21,665 nucleotides of DNA from contig CBFIGT010000030.1 in NCBI GenBank assembly GCA_965662175.1, positions 1 to 21,665 on the forward strand, read 5' to 3'. The translations under genes were made by a program, and so were the position numbers. Positions 17,128 through 21,665 of the stretch are shown one piece after another; position 1 is the stretch's first letter; every line of letters begins with the position of its first letter. The stretch is from Arcobacter sp. (GTDB lineage: Bacteria > Campylobacterota > Campylobacteria > Campylobacterales > Arcobacteraceae). Under the pieces are notes generated by a model, which worked only from the letters and a program-made list of their open reading frames with translations, was not told where the DNA came from and searched no databases.

Positions 17128-17499
17128 ATGACTGCTTTTCCAGTTAAAACTAATAAAGAAAATAGCGCTATCTCTCCACTTTTTGGTAAGGCAAAATATT
17201 TTGCTTTTTATGATGGTGAAAATTTAAGTATAGAAGAGAATTTATGCAATGGAGGAGGTCAAGTAGTTGACTGGTTTATCCAAAAAGGTGTTGATAAAAT
17301 GGTAATTAAAGAGATGGGAATTAAACCATATAAAAAAACTCAAAACTCAAATATAAAAATATTTTATTCAGGTGATGAAAGAGTTTTAACAAATGATTTA
17401 ATAGAAAAAATCAACTCAAATGGGCTAAAAGAGTTAGATGAAAAAGAGATGTTAAGTATAATAAAAAAACACGAATCAAGCCACACCCATTCTCACTAA
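17128..17499 (+). CDS. NifB/NifX-family Fe-Mo cofactor-binding-domain protein with His-rich tail
   Basis: ISPLFGKAKYFAFYD, GGG, GVD...EMG..PY pattern; C-terminal HESSHTHSH. Confidence 0.75.
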   Translation: MTAFPVKTNKENSAISPLFGKAKYFAFYDGENLSIEENLCNGGGQVVDWFIQKGVDKMVIKEMGIKPYKKTQNSNIKIFYSGDERVLTNDLIEKINSNGLKELDEKEMLSIIKKHESSHTHSH

Positions 17500-17553
17500 T
17501 GCTTTTATCTACTTTACAGTAAAATTATCACAAATTTTACTGTAAGGATTATA

Positions 17554-18171
17554 ATGTTTTGTCCCCTTTGTCAAAATAAATCAACTAACTTTTTCAAAGA
17601 TATATATTTTAAATGTAGTTGTTGTAAAGCTATATTTAAAAAGCCAGATTTACACTTAAAAGGTAAAGATGAAAAAAACATCTATGATAAACATGTAAAT
17701 ATCTCTACAGATATAAAATATCAAAACTTTTTATCTCCAATTACAAACTCCGTTTTAAATGATTTTGACTCAAATACAAAAGGCTTAGATTTTGGATCTG
17801 GAAAAGACTCAGCTATTATAAAAGTCCTAAGGGATAAGAGCTATAATATAGCTGCTTATGATATTTTTTATAAAAATGATAAAAAATTACTAGAAGAAAA
17901 ATATGATTATATTACAAGCAGTGAAGTAATTGAACACTTTCAAAATCCAAAAAAAGAGTTTGAACTTTTATTATCAATGCTAAAAAAAGATGCCGCATTA
18001 TATTTAATGACAGAGATTTATAATGAAAATATTGATTTTGAAAAATGGTACTATAAAAATGACCCAACACATATTTTTCTTTATCAAAAAGAGACCTTTT
18101 TATGGATAAAAGAAAACTATGGTTTTAAAAAACTAATTATAGAAAAAAGATTGATAAAACTTTATAGCTAG
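17554..18171 (+). CDS. Class I SAM-dependent methyltransferase with N-terminal Zn ribbon
   Basis: CPLC...CSCC, GLDFGSG, YDYITSSEVIEHF, WYYKNDPTHI. Confidence 0.88.
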   Translation: MFCPLCQNKSTNFFKDIYFKCSCCKAIFKKPDLHLKGKDEKNIYDKHVNISTDIKYQNFLSPITNSVLNDFDSNTKGLDFGSGKDSAIIKVLRDKSYNIAAYDIFYKNDKKLLEEKYDYITSSEVIEHFQNPKKEFELLLSMLKKDAALYLMTEIYNENIDFEKWYYKNDPTHIFLYQKETFLWIKENYGFKKLIIEKRLIKLYS

Positions 18172-18209
18172 ATTAAAAACTCCGCCTTAATTAATAAACT
18201 ATTTATTTT

Positions 18210-18237
18210 TTTGGCATAACTTTAATAGGTACGATTT
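18210..18237. repeat. att core copy 1 (28-bp direct repeat); minus strand encodes ...IVPIKVMPKK* (stop 18205-18203)
   Basis: TTTGGCATAACTTTAATAGGTACGATTT, identical to 19619-19646. Confidence 0.9.
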
Positions 18238-18295
18238 ATAACTAAATGCTTATTATTATCCCCTATTTTTAGGGATTTTGTAAAGACTAATTTTT

Positions 18296-19057
18296 TTAAT
18301 AGCCTAGTTTTCTAAAAAGTTCTTCAACTTTAGAAAAATACTCTTTATCTTCTTTGATATTTAAAACCATTCTAATAACATAACTATTAAATAAATCATT
18401 TTTAAAAGTTTCTCTATCATACTCATCATTTATATTTAATAAAAATTCTTTTGCTTTATTTTCCAAATAGTGTTTTATATCATCATCTTTTATTTTAGAT
18501 TTAAGTAATGATAAATCTGAATTTAAACTTTTTAAGACTTCAGTCATTTCTTTTGATTCATTTTTTGCCCAAGTTTCTAAATTATCAAAATTTATATTAT
18601 TTAAATGAGCTACTGAAATAGCTTGCTCATAACATTCATTTCCACCATGATAAACATATGCACATAATCTATCTTTAATACAATCAGTTGGTGTTAATAA
18701 GATTAATGTACCAACTAATGTTTTTAATTCATCAAATTTTTTTGGAAATTCATTACCTAAACTAACAGGTCCTGTTGGAAATTCTATATAGTTTGGATTA
18801 TTATCATATTTATAATATCTTCCATCTATTTTTTTAAAACCTAGTGATATCATCACCGCTTCAATCTTTTTTGAGCTATTAGATGGATTAGCTATAAAAT
18901 CAATATCATAAGATGAAAAGTTTTTATGAGTATATATTTCCATACAACTACCACCTGATAAAACAACATCAATTCCATTTTCTTTTAATTTAGTGCAGAT
19001 ATAAGATGCTATTTCTTCTAAAGTTTTTAAATCATCAAGTGGGTTATTCATTATCAT
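18296..19057 (-). CDS. Pol-beta superfamily nucleotidyltransferase (AbiEii/MenT-like putative toxin)
   Basis: VVLSGGSCMEIY...SYDIDF gives the GG...DxD NTase signature; overlaps the end of the upstream wHTH gene. Confidence 0.7.
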   Translation of the reverse strand: MIMNNPLDDLKTLEEIASYICTKLKENGIDVVLSGGSCMEIYTHKNFSSYDIDFIANPSNSSKKIEAVMISLGFKKIDGRYYKYDNNPNYIEFPTGPVSLGNEFPKKFDELKTLVGTLILLTPTDCIKDRLCAYVYHGGNECYEQAISVAHLNNINFDNLETWAKNESKEMTEVLKSLNSDLSLLKSKIKDDDIKHYLENKAKEFLLNINDEYDRETFKNDLFNSYVIRMVLNIKEDKEYFSKVEELFRKLGY

Positions 19058-19397
19058 TTCTTTGAATAAAAGGCTTATTATTTGCTCTTGGTCTACTTCT
19101 ATCTTTTTTTATTAGTTTTATTCTAAATTCATCATCATAAGACAATAAAGATTTTTTAAGTAAAGCAATTAATTCATTATAAAGTGGATATCTCTTATTT
19201 AATTCATAGATTCTAGTGTTTGCAAAATCTTTACCAACAATAATTCCAGCTAATTCAAATTTATCTAACTGTTTTTTAATCACAGAAGGACTTGTTTCAT
19301 AAAAATTTGCTATTTCTCTAATATAACCTGAATCTCTATTTAATAAGTATTGAAGTACTTTTTCAGCATTTTTACTTCCAAATAGTATTTCTAACAT
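19044..19397 (-). CDS. Winged-helix (ArsR-like) transcriptional regulator, putative antitoxin
   Basis: MLEILFGSK..EKVLQYL...GYIREIA.FY......IKKQLDKFE.AGII...TRIYELN..YP; ATG 19397 with AAGGA SD. Confidence 0.78.
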   Translation of the reverse strand: MLEILFGSKNAEKVLQYLLNRDSGYIREIANFYETSPSVIKKQLDKFELAGIIVGKDFANTRIYELNKRYPLYNELIALLKKSLLSYDDEFRIKLIKKDRSRPRANNKPFIQRNDNE

Positions 19398-19428
19398 AAG
19401 TATCCTTATTGTTCTATATATTAATATA

Positions 19429-19457
19429 ATTGTACTATTTAGTAGTACAAATGTCAA
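19429..19457 (-). promoter_or_regulatory. Sigma70 promoter TTGACA-N17-TACAAT overlapped by an inverted-repeat operator
   Basis: -35 at 19457-19452, -10 at 19434-19429; TTGTACTA-N5-TAGTACAA at 19430-19450. Confidence 0.75.
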
Positions 19458-19562
19458 ATATTATAGAACACTTGAGTAATTAATTTAATATTATTTATAA
19501 AAATTTATTTATAGATATAAAAACTAATTAATTGTGGAAAATTCTAAATAATAAATTTAATT

Positions 19563-19594
19563 TTAATACCTACAGTTTAAACTATAGGTATTAA
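19563..19594 (-). terminator. 32-bp near-perfect palindrome downstream of att copy 2 (candidate replacement terminator)
   Basis: TTAATACCTACAGTTT-AAACTATAGGTATTAA; the single mismatch is a G-U pair on the minus strand. Confidence 0.5.
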
Positions 19595-19618
19595 TATTTA
19601 TAAGATGATATTTAATTC

Positions 19619-19646
19619 TTTGGCATAACTTTAATAGGTACGATTT
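19619..19646. repeat. att core copy 2; minus strand encodes ...EFQIVPIKVMPKN* (stop 19614-19612)
   Basis: Identical to 18210-18237. Confidence 0.9.
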
Positions 19647-19666
19647 GGAACTCAATTTACATTTTT

Positions 19667-19732
19667 AAAAGCCTTTAAATAAGACTTTTAAAGAATTTAA
19701 TATTTTTTGTACCTGAAAAATTACCTGAAAAA
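19667..19732. other. att-arm region: 23-bp quasi-palindrome plus direct repeat TACCTGAAAAA x2
   Basis: AAAAGCCT-TTAAATA-AGACTTTT at 19667-19689; repeats at 19710-19720 and 19722-19732. Confidence 0.6.
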
Positions 19733-19739
19733 AATTTTA

Positions 19740-20435
19740 TTAAATATTGTTTATAATACTTTTTTTGTATAAAAACATTAATTCTTTTAAGTTACCATCT
19801 TCTGACAATTCTTCTTTTAAAGAATTAATTAAACTATTTTCAAATTGTACAAAAGTATGTTTTTGTTTTGAATAAAACTCTTTATTAGATTTTTCAAAAT
19901 CTAATAAAAGACTAAAATTATCATCTATATTCATATTTAAATATATTAAATCTGATTCAGTAAAATTATTTATAAATGAAGTTAAATACCTAAAATCATC
20001 CAAACTACCTATTTCTAAATCTAAATAGAAATCTTTATTTCCAGAATCATTAAATGTTGCTAATAAAAACTTCATAAAATCATTTTGAAAATTTTTTATT
20101 TCATTTTCACCAACCCAATATTCATTTCCATCTTTATCTACTTCAAAGCCATTACAAATATAATAAACGATGTACTTAGAAAAATAATCAAATCCAAAAA
20201 AATCTTTTATATTAAGTTGTTCAAGCTTAATAAGAAAACTCATAGATGATGACATCAAATAAAAATTTAAATTTTCAAACTTGGCAATCTTCCCTGTTTC
20301 CATAAATTCTAACAATTCTTTTTCAGAAAAATACTTATTAAATAAATTTATAGAATAACATTTATCTGGGCTTTTCTGCCAATGAAAATATGTTCTTCTT
20401 GCAATACCAAGAACTTTACAGATAATTTCTACCAT
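19740..20435 (-). CDS. Putative element repressor: N-terminal HTH, unrecognised C-terminal domain
   Basis: IICKVLGIARRTYFHWQK is an HTH; divergent from alpA; ATG 20435 with GGAG SD. Confidence 0.6.
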   Translation of the reverse strand: MVEIICKVLGIARRTYFHWQKSPDKCYSINLFNKYFSEKELLEFMETGKIAKFENLNFYLMSSSMSFLIKLEQLNIKDFFGFDYFSKYIVYYICNGFEVDKDGNEYWVGENEIKNFQNDFMKFLLATFNDSGNKDFYLDLEIGSLDDFRYLTSFINNFTESDLIYLNMNIDDNFSLLLDFEKSNKEFYSKQKHTFVQFENSLINSLKEELSEDGNLKELMFLYKKSIINNI

Positions 20436-20464
20436 TTGCACTCCATTTTTTTTATATTCTAAGT

Positions 20465-20553
20465 AAGTGTATCATTTTACACTTTTAATTTAGTTTTAAG
20501 TATTTGCACTATATGATTTCAAATGAAGTAATTTAGTGCAATATAATACACTA
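20465..20553. promoter_or_regulatory. Two palindromic operators AGTGYA-N6-TACACT in the divergent control region
   Basis: AAGTGTA-TCATTT-TACACTT (20465-20484) and TAGTGCA-ATATAA-TACACTA (20534-20553, overlapping TATAAT at 20542-20547); half-site TGCACT at 20505. Confidence 0.65.
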
Positions 20554-20681
20554 TATTAATTTTTGAGTTCTCTTAAAACTTATAAGGTGTAAATCTACCA
20601 TTAAAGATTTTGCGGTTAAGGCTAAACTACCAAGAAAAGAAAATGTTTAAACTATTGCAAATTAAATAAATAGGAATAAAA

Positions 20682-20894
20682 ATGAACACTATTAACAGTA
20701 ATGATATATTCATTAAGAAAAAAGAAATTCTTAACTATATAAAAATTGGAGAAACAAAACTAAATGAATTGATAAGAACAGGAAAACTTATTGAACCTGT
20801 AATAATTGATGGGTTTAAAGAGCCACTATATTCATTAGAAGAACTAAAGGAATGGATGCAAAAACAATTGGAAAAAAGAAAAACTCTCTCTTAA
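20682..20894 (+). CDS. AlpA-family regulator / recombination directionality factor
   Basis: FIKKKEILNYIKIGETKLNELIRTGKLIEPVII...YSLEELKEWM fits the AlpA pattern; AGGA SD. Confidence 0.8.
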   Translation: MNTINSNDIFIKKKEILNYIKIGETKLNELIRTGKLIEPVIIDGFKEPLYSLEELKEWMQKQLEKRKTLS

Positions 20895-21000
20895 AAGACT
20901 TTGCGAGACTAAAAGAGAGAGTAATTAAAACGGCTTAAGGTTTTAATCGTTTCCATTATAACTAACGATTATTTAACATTGTAAATAAATAAGGATATTA

Positions 21001-21357
21001 ATGTCTACAGACAAAAGAAAAGAAGGTGTTAAATATGGATTTACAACTATTCAGCATGACCCAAGATTGAAATTCAATCTTTCAAATGATGCTTATTGTG
21101 TAGCTGATGCGATATATAACTTATCTAACAATCCATCATCTATTGCACCAGGATGGTGTTACTCAACAAGACAATCAATTGCTAATATGTTTGGAATTTC
21201 AAAAAGAAGTGTACAAAGAGCAATACAAGAACTTTCAGATAAAAAATTAGTGATGGTAAATGAAGAAACAAATTTTATTCGCACAACTCAAAAATGGTTT
21301 GATGAATTTGTGCAGTATCAATTGACTCAGAAAACAAGGGGTGACAAATTGTCATAG
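21001..21357 (+). CDS. Short winged-HTH replication initiator (phage O-like N-terminal domain only)
   Basis: GWCYSTRQSIANMFGISKRSVQRAIQELSDKKLV; ends in the first iteron; AAGGA SD. Confidence 0.75.
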   Translation: MSTDKRKEGVKYGFTTIQHDPRLKFNLSNDAYCVADAIYNLSNNPSSIAPGWCYSTRQSIANMFGISKRSVQRAIQELSDKKLVMVNEETNFIRTTQKWFDEFVQYQLTQKTRGDKLS

Positions 21358-21450
21358 GGGATGACTTTATGTCATTTCAAGGGGTGACAAATTGTCATGC
21401 ATGGGGTGACAAATTGGCACACATATAAATATATATATAACTATATACAT
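21338..21450 (+). repeat. Putative replication origin: four iterons GGGG(A)TGACAAATTGTCA followed by an AT-rich tract
   Basis: TGAC cores at 21342, 21362, 21385 and 21407; near-alternating AT tract at 21423-21450. Confidence 0.8.
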
Positions 21451-21472
21451 AAAGAAGAAGAGGAAGAAGAAA

Positions 21473-21665
21473 ATGATTGTTGATGAAAACCAAAAAGTAG
21501 AACTATTTGAGGATTTCTACTCATGGCTTAAAGCTGATGGTTTAAGCCCTAAAAGAAGTGAAAGATTGCACAGAAAAAAAATCTTTGCATCATTACTTGC
21601 TGATAATGAAATGACATTAGAAAACTTCAATGATTTCTTAAAAGATAAAAAAAGAAATGAAGTTA
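21473..21665 (+). CDS. Element hypothetical protein, 5' part (MIVDENQKVELFEDFYSWLKADGLSPKRSERLHRKKIFASLL...), runs off the window
   Basis: ATG 21473 after GAGGAAG; frame open to the window end. Confidence 0.7.
   Translation, partial: MIVDENQKVELFEDFYSWLKADGLSPKRSERLHRKKIFASLLADNEMTLENFNDFLKDKKRNEV

Larger units (their letters stand above)
18210..19646. mobile_element. 1409-bp att-flanked islet without integrase, carrying a wHTH + nucleotidyltransferase pair
   Basis: Bounded by identical 28-bp direct repeats; contains only two genes and a promoter. Confidence 0.7.
19619..21665. mobile_element. End of a phage-satellite/prophage-like integrated element; continues right of the window
   Basis: att core, arm-like repeats, divergent repressor/alpA switch, wHTH initiator and iterons. 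Confidence 0.8.

Noticed and set aside
19398..19457. N-terminal extension of the wHTH ORF from TTG 19457
   Set aside because: That TTG is the -35 box of the promoter; ATG 19397 has the SD.
21338..21419. CRISPR-like repeat array
   Set aside because: Units are about 17 bp with 2-6 bp gaps, there are no spacer-length unique sequences or cas genes, and they follow an initiator gene, so they are iterons.

Overview
AT-rich chromosomal window from a Campylobacterota bacterium, most likely Arcobacteraceae (inferred from the fba-peb4-hsrA/cosR synteny and the DUF4492-cydAB operon). Layout from left to right: (1) 1-~1814 is the end of an integrated element (wHTH replication initiator with internal iterons, excisionase-like HTH). 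It appears to have cut the host tRNA-Leu(CAA) at the anticodon arm, leaving only the 5' half (1803-1844), and it carries its own complete, sequence-divergent tRNA-Leu(CAA) (1614-1697). (2) Core genes fba, peb4/cbf2, hsrA/cosR with a histidine kinase, and a CoA-binding protein. (3) A type I R-M locus (hsdR-hsdM-hsdS) with two inserted Abi/HEPN modules. One is an intact AbiD/AbiF-like gene and the other a deleted remnant, and each has a GC-rich structured leader. (4) An EF-hand protein, the cytochrome bd operon with an unannotated 33-aa small subunit, a NifX-like protein and a methyltransferase. (5) A second integration hotspot with two copies of a 28-bp att core encoding a host-gene C-terminus (IVPIKVMPKK/N*). 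These flank a 1.4-kb wHTH + nucleotidyltransferase islet, and the start of a phage-satellite-like element follows (repressor, AlpA, short initiator, iteron origin). No integrase gene and no CRISPR array lie in the window. All calls come from reading the sequence; no database search was run.
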